A stretch of DNA of 64,000 bases from Pseudomonadota bacterium (GCA_043826925.1 JBDRPN010000002.1:23840-87839); one strand, 5' to 3'; positions 39,001 through 46,746 are shown, counted from the first letter of the stretch. Made by a program: numbers and translations. The notes: generated from the letters alone by a model not told the origin.

Positions 39001-40962
39001 ATCACCATCAGCGGCGCCGCGCAAAGCCAGTACAACGGTGCCTGGACGCCGCTGAGCGTCAATGTGCCCGACGCCAATACCTTCACCTTCGGCCCGGTCA
39101 CGCTGACGCCGGCCACGCCGCCGACCGGAACCATCACGGCCACCACCGGCACCGGCGTGGCCGGGCCGGACACCACCAACCTGATCCTGTGGACCCGCGG
39201 CAAGGATCTGTGGGAAGACGAGGACATCAATGCGTCGCTGACCAATGTGCGCGCCAGCATTCACGGCGACGTGCTGCATGCGCGGCCGGTAGTCGTCAAC
39301 TACGGCAGCAGCATCGGCATCGTCGGCTTCTACGGCGCCAACGACGGCTTCCTGCGTGCGATTCACGGCGGCACGGCAGGTATCGACGGCGAGGAAAAGT
39401 GGGCCTTCATGCCCAGCGAATTCATGACCTACACCAAGCTGGCAAGGCTTTACAGCAACAGCGAAGTCGTGCGCTATCCCAACCTGTCCTGCAGCATCTC
39501 GCCGACGCCCACTGGGCGCAACTATTTCTGGGACGGCTCGCTGACCGCCTATCAGTCGCCGGACGGCACGGCATCCACGGCGCCGAGCAAGACCTGGCTG
39601 TTTGCCACCCTGCGCCGCGGCGGGCGCGCCCTGTATGCGCTGGATGTCACCGATCCGGACGTGCCCAAGTTCATGTGGCGCATCACCAATGCCAGCACCG
39701 GATTTTCCGAACTGGCGCAGACCTGGTCCGAGCCGAAGATCGCCAAGCTCAAGGGGACCTTCACCCGCGCCGACGCGACGGTGATCACCGATCCCGTGGT
39801 GCTGGTGTTCGGCGCCGGCTACGACGCTGCCCAGGAGGACAAGCCGACCGGCAGCCATATCACGCCGACCATGGGCCGCGGCGTGTTCGTGGTCGAGGCC
39901 GAGACCGGGCAGTTGATCCAGTTCCTGCAGCCCACCTCGGGCGTCACCGGCTACAGTTTTGCCGCCGACGTGAATGCCCTCGACCTGAACGCCGACGGTT
40001 ACCTGGATCGCATTTACGCGGGCGACACCAATGCCAATCTGTTCCGCTTCGATACCCAGCAGACAGTGACCAATGTCGCCAGCAGCAGCTACTGGAAGCG
40101 CTATCACCTGGCCAAGGTGGGCGATGTCGATGCCAACGGCGGAGTCAACGCGCGGAAATTCCTCTTCGCGCCGGAAGTGCTGCCCTTCCTGCACAACGGC
40201 GTAATCAAGACCATGGTGCTGGTCGGCAGCGGCAACCGCGAAAAGCCGCTGCCCAACTTCCAGTCCGACGGCAGCCCGAATGCACTGACCTGCTCCAGCC
40301 TCTACACCGACACCTACTACCCGAGCTCGTCATCGAACAAGATCAACGACCGCTTCTTCGGCTTGCTCGATCCGGTGCAATCCGGCGCCACCGAGGCGAC
40401 GGTGAATGCCGATCCAATTGTTTTCGGCGACCTGCAGCAGATCAATTCCAATACCCTGGCGACCACCACGCTGACGCCCTTCAGCTTGTCCAGCAGCGAC
40501 CGCGGCTGGAACATCCTGCTGCGCAACGATCCCGACGGCAACGGCACGCGCAACGAGGAGAAGTCGGTGAATGCCGCCAAGGTGGTGGCCGGGGTGGTCT
40601 TCTTCGCCACCAACACACCCGTGTCGCCCAATCCGAGTGCGGGCGTCTGCTCCAATCTGGGCGAGGCGCTGGGCTACGCGGTCGATCCCTTCACCGGTCT
40701 GCCGGCGATCAACCGCGACGAATCGACCAGCGGCGGCGTGGCAACCTACACCAGCGTCGATTTCGCCACCAAGTTTTCCGGCGGCGGCCTGCCCCCGACC
40801 GTGACCGCGGGTGTGGTGTCGATCGGCGGCACGCCCTACCGCTTCATCATCGGCAGCGGCGGCGACACGCTGACCTCGGCGTCGTCGATCGCCGGCGCGC
40901 GCAGCGTGATCAATCTGCGGGGTACGCGCTCCCGGCTCTACTGGTCCTACGGCGCCGACTGA
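36058..40962 (+). CDS. pilY1: PilY1 adhesin with vWA-like N-terminus and repeat-rich middle (cassette 2)
   Basis: AEDIDLY, VLIVLDNS vWA-like start; WFGNLKEY; HGDVLHARP, ANDGFLRA, EKWAFMP, TWSEP, Ca-loop DLNADGYLD. Confidence 0.9.
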   Translation: MNIPQSLRHGVIAVAATVGLGMMTPSLAEDIDLYVGGEAATGSQANVLIVLDNSTNWAAANQGWLPSGTKQGEAELQALSEILSTLGDNINVGLLMAAGSNGGYVRFGVREMSGTNKTAFTGMLNNMVATFGGDGDNDDKVNTASIVYDSMLNAAYRYFNGFARFGTTDLPSGSVLDLRDYTGSTVNTTKQPAGALAGNSLATSTSTTYLPPGTANDGCAKNFIIFIGNGYPNQAGTTTDLSDAAALAGITTAATVSAITAPVSGGSPKIADEWTRFMYTYGVTSTVDDPKSTSSPKAKLINKIATYTIDVCKDACEADQATLLKSMAKVGGGKYYKSTSKQEIKNAMSLIFAEIQAVNSVFASATLPISVNTQGTFENQVYIGVFRPDSGARPRWFGNLKEYKFGRYCDADRNDKVLIDNTRALANGMVTATLTGNATGTVTGSFSGTLTTLSGSSAVSGTVAGTVSGTSSATLAATFGGSPGTTGSPAVDAGSGTVTGTITGTGTGTGSSTFTGTLNGISSLSGSFTATDERIGDDVPAPSCGSDASGDIPLNLYLGDQHGYRAIDEEGNTGFIDLSAKSYWTSASSFWTATPNATGGASDSPDGPEVERGAAAQRLRTAWATTATSPHPDGRRVYTCLGTCLASAATTSQKTLSNNAVTTSNSEVTAALAAPSGSATVTLARSGNTVTATSTAAHGFADGATVTIAGATPTDYNGAKTITFVDATHFTYTLNESPTTTDTATATKPGGTVTVTDISLSGTTAGTTVTATVTTNPAHGLAAGNVTTIAGAAQSFLNGSHTVLGAPAVTGTTFAVSVTLPANPATPATTAGSAVAIGQTATHSSISYSTAACTAGAAAGCAVVLATGNLGNKFVTGNTVVVSNAAPDAYNTGAAGTTIRATGTSCPNTATLTVTNSNKNAVYCYTVAAQPTVVTPDGGASKTATSPGTSFPVDITRTLGSTTATVVTNPAAAHAFTTADSITISGAAQSQYNGAWTPLSVNVPDANTFTFGPVTLTPATPPTGTITATTGTGVAGPDTTNLILWTRGKDLWEDEDINASLTNVRASIHGDVLHARPVVVNYGSSIGIVGFYGANDGFLRAIHGGTAGIDGEEKWAFMPSEFMTYTKLARLYSNSEVVRYPNLSCSISPTPTGRNYFWDGSLTAYQSPDGTASTAPSKTWLFATLRRGGRALYALDVTDPDVPKFMWRITNASTGFSELAQTWSEPKIAKLKGTFTRADATVITDPVVLVFGAGYDAAQEDKPTGSHITPTMGRGVFVVEAETGQLIQFLQPTSGVTGYSFAADVNALDLNADGYLDRIYAGDTNANLFRFDTQQTVTNVASSSYWKRYHLAKVGDVDANGGVNARKFLFAPEVLPFLHNGVIKTMVLVGSGNREKPLPNFQSDGSPNALTCSSLYTDTYYPSSSSNKINDRFFGLLDPVQSGATEATVNADPIVFGDLQQINSNTLATTTLTPFSLSSSDRGWNILLRNDPDGNGTRNEEKSVNAAKVVAGVVFFATNTPVSPNPSAGVCSNLGEALGYAVDPFTGLPAINRDESTSGGVATYTSVDFATKFSGGGLPPTVTAGVVSIGGTPYRFIIGSGGDTLTSASSIAGARSVINLRGTRSRLYWSYGAD

Positions 40963-41046
40963 CCGCGTGTGAATTAATCTACTGCGCGTGCCGGATCGGG
41001 GCTTGGGCGGTGCTCACTATCCTCATGTACAGAAACGTGCATTCCG

Positions 41047-41089
41047 GTAGCTGCGCTCCGGCCGCACCCCGCTGCGGCCCGCTCGCTAC
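41047..41089. repeat. GTAG...CTAC-bounded REP-like hairpin
   Basis: gtagc...ggccgca-cccc gc-tgcggcc...gctac. Confidence 0.45.
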
Positions 41090-41130
41090 GATTTCTTCAC
41101 AAGCTCTGAACGAAGGCCGCGCGCTGCTTG

Positions 41131-41171
41131 CGCGGATATGTTCCCATTAAGCTGGCGGGGACATATCCCGC
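41131..41171. terminator. Imperfect hairpin between pilY1 and the HTH-ferredoxin gene
   Basis: ggatatgttccc / ggggacatatcc stem; no U-tract, so terminator role is uncertain. Confidence 0.3.
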
Positions 41172-41254
41172 CGGGGGATACCGTCTCCGCCCTCCGGTTG
41201 GAGACATAAAAATTTTGGAATTGCGCGGGCGGCGGCATTGCTATGCTTGCCGCC

Positions 41255-42781
41255 ATGTCGCAACGGCTGACCCTTTCCCGCGCCGCGCATCTGCTCGGCA
41301 TCTCGCGCATGGCGCTGCAAAAGCGCATCCGCGAGGGCGAGCTGCCGTCCTTCGACGGCATGGTGAGCGTTGATGAGCTGCAGCGCGTCTGGCCGCAACT
41401 CGATCTGGACGAGTCGGGCAGCTTCGAAAAGACCCGCGCGATTCGCGAGGATGCGTTCGCCAGGCGCCTGCGCGAGCGCGTGCTGCCCAGCCAGGAGGCG
41501 CTGGCCCGGCGCCTGTTTGCGCAGGGACAGGAACTGGCCGAACTGCAGCGCACCCTGACGCGCTACCACGCGCTGTTCGAGGCCTTGCAGGCGCGTCTGG
41601 CCGCCGCGCCGGCGCCGGGCGCGGAAGAACTGGCGCAACTGCTCGACGAAGGCCTGGCGCAGGCATTGGCGGTCCCGGCGCCGCGCGCGGACGTCAGCGC
41701 GCTCGATGCTATGCTGCGCGTCATGTCGGCGCACGTCACGGTCAGGCCATCGGGCCACGAGTTCTTCGTCGAGGGTTCCGAGACCCTCCTGAAGGCGGCA
41801 TTGCGCGCCGGCCTGACGCCCAATTACGGTTGCGGCAACGGTTTGTGCGGCCTGTGCAAGGCGCGCGTGGTGGCCGGCGAGACGCGCGCCATGGCGCCTT
41901 CCGACTACCCTTTTTCCGCCGCCGAGAAGGCCCAGAACCATGTGCTGATGTGCGTGTGCACGGCGCTCAGTTCCGACCTGGTGCTGGAGGTGCTGGAAGC
42001 CGGCGCGCCGGAGGACATTCCCGAACAGCGCATCGTCGCCAAGCTGCGCAGCGTCGACCGGCTGAACGACGACATGCTGCGCCTGCATCTGCAGACCCCG
42101 CGCAGCAACCGCCTGCGCTTTCTCGCCGGGCAGCGGGTCACCCTCGGCCTTCCGGCCGGCGTCGCCAGCGGCGCCGACCTGCATGCCGAATACCCGATCG
42201 CAAGCTGCCCCTGCGACGACCGCAACCTGATTTTCCATATTCCGAGTCCGGCTCGCCGTGGCGGACTCTGTCCGCCGGGGATTCCGCTTCGCGGGCCGGC
42301 GAGCGCCAACTCTCAGGGCGATCCCGCGCAAGGCTTTGCCGAATGCCTGGAGGCCGGCCTGGTCAAGGCCGGCGACGATCTCTCGGTGTGGGGGCCGTGG
42401 GGCAGCTTCGTGCTCGACCGCGGCTCGACGCGGCTGGCGCTGGTATTCATCGCCATCGACGAGGGTTTTGCGCCGATCAACAGCCTGGTCGAACACGCGA
42501 TTGCCGAGGATGCCGCCGAATCGATCACCCTCTACTGGGCCAGTTCCCGGCCGGGCGGCCAATATCTGCCCAACCAGTGCCGCGCCTGGGCCGCCGCGCT
42601 CGACGAATTCAGCTACCTGCCGCTGGACCTGGCCGAATTGCCGGCGGCGCTGGCGGCGAACGCCGCACTGGCCGCCAGCGACATCTATCTCGCCGGCGCG
42701 ACGCAGCAGGTCGAACCGCTGGCGGCAACGCTGCGCGCGGCCGGCCTGCCGTCGCGCCAATTGCATATCGAGGCACTATGA
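41255..42781 (+). CDS. Excisionase-type HTH + coiled coil + [2Fe-2S] ferredoxin + FAD/NAD-binding reductase fusion
   Basis: LTLSRAAHLLGISRMALQKRIREGEL (HTH_17-like); YGCGNGLCGLCK...VLMC ferredoxin motif; FLAGQ, GPWGSF, GFAPINS. Confidence 0.85.
   Translation: MSQRLTLSRAAHLLGISRMALQKRIREGELPSFDGMVSVDELQRVWPQLDLDESGSFEKTRAIREDAFARRLRERVLPSQEALARRLFAQGQELAELQRTLTRYHALFEALQARLAAAPAPGAEELAQLLDEGLAQALAVPAPRADVSALDAMLRVMSAHVTVRPSGHEFFVEGSETLLKAALRAGLTPNYGCGNGLCGLCKARVVAGETRAMAPSDYPFSAAEKAQNHVLMCVCTALSSDLVLEVLEAGAPEDIPEQRIVAKLRSVDRLNDDMLRLHLQTPRSNRLRFLAGQRVTLGLPAGVASGADLHAEYPIASCPCDDRNLIFHIPSPARRGGLCPPGIPLRGPASANSQGDPAQGFAECLEAGLVKAGDDLSVWGPWGSFVLDRGSTRLALVFIAIDEGFAPINSLVEHAIAEDAAESITLYWASSRPGGQYLPNQCRAWAAALDEFSYLPLDLAELPAALAANAALAASDIYLAGATQQVEPLAATLRAAGLPSRQLHIEAL
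42263..42311. repeat. Dispersed 49-bp repeat, copy 2, in frame inside the reductase CDS
   Basis: 44/49 match to 176-224; encodes part of PSPARRGGLCPPGIPLRGPASANSQG. Confidence 0.8.
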
Positions 42782-42830
42782 CCATGAGCGAACTTAAAGT
42801 GAAATACATTGCCAAGCACGCCGTGTCAGG

Positions 42831-42904
42831 TTCGAGCGCAGCGAGCCATTTGATAGCCTCCCCCGCGAGGGGGAGGACGGGAGGGGGCGGGCCCATTTGC
42901 CAGC
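42831..42904. repeat. MITE/REP-like element, left copy of an inverted pair
   Basis: Reverse complement closely matches 43662-43732; internal hairpin cctccccc-gcga-gggggagg. Confidence 0.85.
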
Positions 42905-42970
42905 TTGATGCGTTACGACAACAAGGTATTTCATAATGTGCGATAGTTCATCGAAGCCAAGGGCGTGCCC

Positions 42971-43351
42971 ATGACCCAGACACGCCGCACCATACCGATA
43001 CAAGCGCAGGGCGCGACTTTGGAAACCCCCGCCGAGCTCGATGCCTGTTCCTCGGCCGAGCCCTTCGCGCTGATGGTCCTGGGCGACAGCATGGCGCCGG
43101 AGTTTGTCGAAGGCGAGGTGATCCTGATCGAGCCCGAGGGGCTGGCGACCGACGGTTCCTTCGTCCTGGCGCAACTGGCCGGCGAGTGGATCTTCCGCCA
43201 GCTGGTCCGCCATGATGCGGGCTGGCGCCTGCAGGCGCTGAATCCGGCCTATCCCGCCGCGGATATTCCCGGCCTCGACGCGGTCAAAGGCGTCATCATC
43301 CAGAAATCGCAACCCGGGCGGCGCCGGGCCACCAAACGTTACGTAGACTAA
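42971..43351 (+). CDS. Stand-alone S24/LexA-like peptidase-domain protein without HTH
   Basis: FALMVLGDSMAPEFVEGEVILIEP, WIFRQL, LQALNPAYP, VKGVII. Confidence 0.8.
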   Translation: MTQTRRTIPIQAQGATLETPAELDACSSAEPFALMVLGDSMAPEFVEGEVILIEPEGLATDGSFVLAQLAGEWIFRQLVRHDAGWRLQALNPAYPAADIPGLDAVKGVIIQKSQPGRRRATKRYVD

Positions 43352-43366
43352 AGCCCACCGAAAACC

Positions 43367-43600
43367 ATGCCCTACTACATCTATCGTGTCACGCCCATCG
43401 GCCCCGTCCAGCAGCTCGCCAGGATCAGCCAGTTCGAGGTATTCAAGGACGCCTCGAACGAAGCCAAGCGCCTGCGCCGCGAAGCCGAACTCGGCGCCGG
43501 CGAAAAGATCAAGACCATCTTTGCCGCCAACGAACTCCAGGCGGAAGAGCTCCTCAACGAGCCACGCGGCGAGGAGCCGATGACCGGCGAGGACTATTAA
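43367..43600 (+). CDS. Small hypothetical protein (77 aa)
   Basis: MPYYIYRV...FKDASNEAKRLR...IFAANELQAEELL; plausible codon usage; follows the S24 gene by 15 bp. Confidence 0.7.
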   Translation: MPYYIYRVTPIGPVQQLARISQFEVFKDASNEAKRLRREAELGAGEKIKTIFAANELQAEELLNEPRGEEPMTGEDY

Positions 43601-43661
43601 CGCCCATGACTTCGATGAACCACACCGCCTCATGAAATATCGCACTTTCGATAAGCTGCGG

Positions 43662-43732
43662 GCTGGCAAATTGGCCCGCCCCTCCCGTCCTCCCCTCACG
43701 GGGAGGCTACTGATTGGCTCGCTGCGCTCGAA
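43662..43732. repeat. MITE/REP-like element, right copy of the inverted pair
   Basis: Near-identical reverse complement of 42831-42904 with a few substitutions and single-base indels in G/C runs. Confidence 0.85.
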
Positions 43733-43774
43733 AATTTGCATCCGCACTGGCCAAGGTATTTCAAGTTAGCCGTC

Positions 43775-44227
43775 GTGGTCGACGAAACCGCCTTTCGTCA
43801 CACCAGGGAAGACATCAATCGCCTGCCCTGCGTCTTCGAGCGCGCGCTGCTGGCGCGCCACGCGGCCTGCGAGCTGGCGCAAAGTCACCAGATTGCCGAG
43901 CGCGAGAGCATCGCCTGCACGCAGGCGGCGGCGCACCAGGCCTGCAGCAGGATGTCGCAACTGCTGCGCGAGAAGTCCAGCTTCGCCCTGCACCTGACCG
44001 CCACCCAGCGCATCCTGCCGCACGCGATGATGATGAAAATCCAGTGCGGCGGCCTCGATGGCCTCAAGGCCCTGCTCGATGCCGACGCCGCGGCGCCGCA
44101 GGTTGATCGCCTGCTGCGCCTGGCGCAGGAGCGCTACGGCGATCTCGATGCACTGCCCTTCTCCGAGATCGTGCAGGGTGTGGCGGCATGGAAGGCGCGT
44201 CGTCGCCATCAAGGAGCGCCGCGATGA
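43775..44227 (+). CDS. Cys-rich hypothetical protein
   Basis: PCVFERALL...ACELA...ESIAC...QAC...KIQCGGL; GTG start inferred; stop overlaps the next ATG. Confidence 0.65.
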   Translation: MVDETAFRHTREDINRLPCVFERALLARHAACELAQSHQIAERESIACTQAAAHQACSRMSQLLREKSSFALHLTATQRILPHAMMMKIQCGGLDGLKALLDADAAAPQVDRLLRLAQERYGDLDALPFSEIVQGVAAWKARRRHQGAPR

Positions 44228-45255
44228 TTGCCGGCATGGCGGCGCTGGTCAACGCCGTACAGACCAACTGCGACATCGCCGACGCCCGCCATGCGCGCGA
44301 CGTCAGCCTGTGCACCTATCTGCTCGGCATGCGCGAGTTCTATCGCTGGGAACACCAGTTGCCCTACGGCGTGTCGCCGCCGCGCGAGGAAGTCGGGCGC
44401 TGGATTGCCGAGCGCGAGGCGCGCTGGGAACTGATCGCCGCCGATGACTTCGTCGCCGTGCCGGTCGCCGGTCGCGAGTTCGATCCCTTCGCCGCGCAGC
44501 AGGTCAATGCCGCGCTGGCCGGCAGCGGGCTGGTCTATGGCGCGGGGCTGGGGCGCTTCCACAAGCCGCACTTCTTCCTTGGCCAGCTCGACCGCGAGGA
44601 GCAGCGCGGCGAGGCGCACCTGCTGGTCTGCGGCTGCGAATATGCGCGCGACGTCTCGGCGATTCCGGCAGCATCGCAGGGTGCCACCCTGATCGTGCGC
44701 CGCGAGGCGCTGCGGCAGTGGCTGTGGGAAAAGGCCGAGGGCTGGAACGTCAAGCAGCAGGACGGTGCGCTGAAATCGGCCCTGCTCGCTTATGGCTTCG
44801 ACGTCGATCCGCAGGCTGCCATCGAGCGCATGACGGACGGCGAGATCGAAACCCTGGTGCTGCACGAGGAAGGCGAATTCGCCGCGGGCCGCATGCTGGG
44901 CCACGAATGGACCGACAAGCTGGCCGGCTTCAGCGGCAAGCGCGCCGAACTGCTGGCGCGCGCGGTGCGCGACAACCTCGCGGATTGCCTGGTGACGCTG
45001 CCGGCACTGTTGCAGCGGGACGCGGCGGACTCGCTGCATTTCTGGTTTTCGACCTTCGACGGCCTGCGCCGCGAACTCTTTCCGCGCCTGGTCGAGGCCT
45101 ATGGCTCAAGAGTTGGCGCTGGCGACCCGGCGATCCTGGCCGCGGCGGCGACTGCCGGCCGCACGCATTTCACCGCACTCGGCCGGCGCCTGCTCGATCT
45201 CGACGAAGCCGGCATCGAGGCGCTGTCCCACCAGCCTGCGGCAATCGCCCTGTAG
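44224..45255 (+). CDS. Conserved hypothetical protein, Sfum_1244-like family (recalled assignment)
   Basis: VQTNCDIADARHA, LCTYLLGMREFYRWE, GLVYGAG, KPHFFLG, RAVRDNLADC. Confidence 0.7.
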   Translation: MIAGMAALVNAVQTNCDIADARHARDVSLCTYLLGMREFYRWEHQLPYGVSPPREEVGRWIAEREARWELIAADDFVAVPVAGREFDPFAAQQVNAALAGSGLVYGAGLGRFHKPHFFLGQLDREEQRGEAHLLVCGCEYARDVSAIPAASQGATLIVRREALRQWLWEKAEGWNVKQQDGALKSALLAYGFDVDPQAAIERMTDGEIETLVLHEEGEFAAGRMLGHEWTDKLAGFSGKRAELLARAVRDNLADCLVTLPALLQRDAADSLHFWFSTFDGLRRELFPRLVEAYGSRVGAGDPAILAAAATAGRTHFTALGRRLLDLDEAGIEALSHQPAAIAL

Positions 45256-45304
45256 GGCCGACTTCAGTCGGCCAGGGTGGATGGCGGACTGAAGCCGGCC
45301 CTAC
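45252..45304. repeat. GTAG-family REP doublet, copy 1
   Basis: GTAGGGCCGACTTCAGTCGGCC...GGCGGACTGAAGCCGGCCCTAC. Confidence 0.9.
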
Positions 45305-45369
45305 GCCCGCCCCAAGCCCTGTCCCACGGCAGAACCATTTTGCCGGCGCCGCTGCACTAGACTTCGCCG

Positions 45370-46746
45370 ATGACTGTTCCCCGTTCCTCGCGTTCACTTC
45401 AGCGCGAACTGCTGCACCTGGCCTGGCCGGTGCTGATCGCACAGGCCGCAGTGATGGCCAATGGCGTGATCGACACGCTGATGGCCGGCCACCTGTCCTC
45501 GGTCGATCTGGCGGCGGTCGGCATCGGCGCCAGCATCTACATCACCATCATCATGGCGCTGATGGGCGTGCTGCTGGCGCTGACGCCGGTGGTGGCCCAC
45601 CATTACGGCGCGCAACGCTACGCCGAGATCGGCGCCGACGTGCGGCAATGCGCCTGGCTGGCGTTGCTGCTCTCTGTGCTCGCCTTCGCCGCCCTGAAAC
45701 ATCCCGATCCGCTGCTGGCTTTTTCGCGCCTGACCCCCGCAGTGGAATTCAAGGTGCGCGCCTATCTCGAAGGCTCGGCCTGGGCGGTGCCGGGCGTGAT
45801 GTTCTTCCGTGTCTTCTACGGTTTCACCAACGGCATCGGCCGGCCGCGTCCGGTGATGACGTTCAATCTGCTCGGGCTGGCGCTGAAGGCACCGCTCAAC
45901 TGGGTCTTCATGTATGGCCATTTCGGGTTCCCGGCCATGGGCGGTGCGGGCTGCGGCTGGTCCTCCGCCGTCATCATGTGGACCCTTGCGAGCTTGTCCT
46001 GGCTGTGGTGCCGGCGCAATGCCGAATACGCACCCTACGGCGTCTTCGCCCGCTTCGAGTGGCCGCGCCTCACGGCCCTGCGCGGATTGCTGGTGCTGGG
46101 CCTGCCGATGGGCGCCACCTTCCTCGTCGATGTCACCGCCTTTACCTTCATGGCGCTGTTCATCGCCCGCCTCGGAGCGGAGGTGTCCGCCGCGCACCAG
46201 ATCGCCGCCAATGTCGCTGTGTTCGTCTTCATGATGCCGCTGGCCCTGGGCGTCGCCACCGGCGTGGTGGTCGGCCAGGCGCTGGGCGCGGGCGACAGCC
46301 GACGCGCGCGGCACGCCGGTTTGCTCGGGCTGGGCGTCGGCTGCGGTGCGGCGGCGATTACCGGCGCGGCCATTGGCTTCGGCGCCGCGCCGCTGGCGCG
46401 CGCCTACACATCGGACCCGGTGGTTGCCGCCGCCGCCGCCACGCTGCTCGGCATCGTCGCCGTCTATCACCTCGCCGACGCCGTGCAGGCGGTCATGGCC
46501 CAGGTGCTGCGCGGCTACAAGCGCGCCATGGCGCCGATGGTGATCTATGCACTTTCGCTATGGGGTGTGGGCCTGGGCGGCGGCTATTTGCTGGGCCTCA
46601 CCGACACCTTCGGCGCGGCGCGCGGCGCGGCCGGCTTCTGGATCGCGGCCGTGGCGAGCCTGTCGATCGCCGGGGCCGGTGTGCTGGCCTACTTCCTGCG
46701 GATTTCCGCTCAAACCATCCCGGCGCCGGCGGCCACCAGCGCATAG
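45370..46746 (+). CDS. norM: MATE family efflux transporter (NorM-like)
   Basis: LAWPVLIAQ, IDTLMAGHLSSVDLAAVG, AAHQIAAN, LADAVQAV..QVLRGYK; about 12 TM. Confidence 0.88.
   Translation: MTVPRSSRSLQRELLHLAWPVLIAQAAVMANGVIDTLMAGHLSSVDLAAVGIGASIYITIIMALMGVLLALTPVVAHHYGAQRYAEIGADVRQCAWLALLLSVLAFAALKHPDPLLAFSRLTPAVEFKVRAYLEGSAWAVPGVMFFRVFYGFTNGIGRPRPVMTFNLLGLALKAPLNWVFMYGHFGFPAMGGAGCGWSSAVIMWTLASLSWLWCRRNAEYAPYGVFARFEWPRLTALRGLLVLGLPMGATFLVDVTAFTFMALFIARLGAEVSAAHQIAANVAVFVFMMPLALGVATGVVVGQALGAGDSRRARHAGLLGLGVGCGAAAITGAAIGFGAAPLARAYTSDPVVAAAAATLLGIVAVYHLADAVQAVMAQVLRGYKRAMAPMVIYALSLWGVGLGGGYLLGLTDTFGAARGAAGFWIAAVASLSIAGAGVLAYFLRISAQTIPAPAATSA

Noticed and set aside
21574-40962. Recombinase-driven shuffling (shufflon-like) between the two pilin cassettes
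   Set aside because: No recombinase, no repeated crossover sites, and the paralogues are too diverged for exchange.
46710-46746. Convergent 3' overlaps (MATE/YqaA; also cca/DUF2905 at 54787-54806)
   Set aside because: Short tail-to-tail overlaps are ordinary in compact GC-rich genomes.
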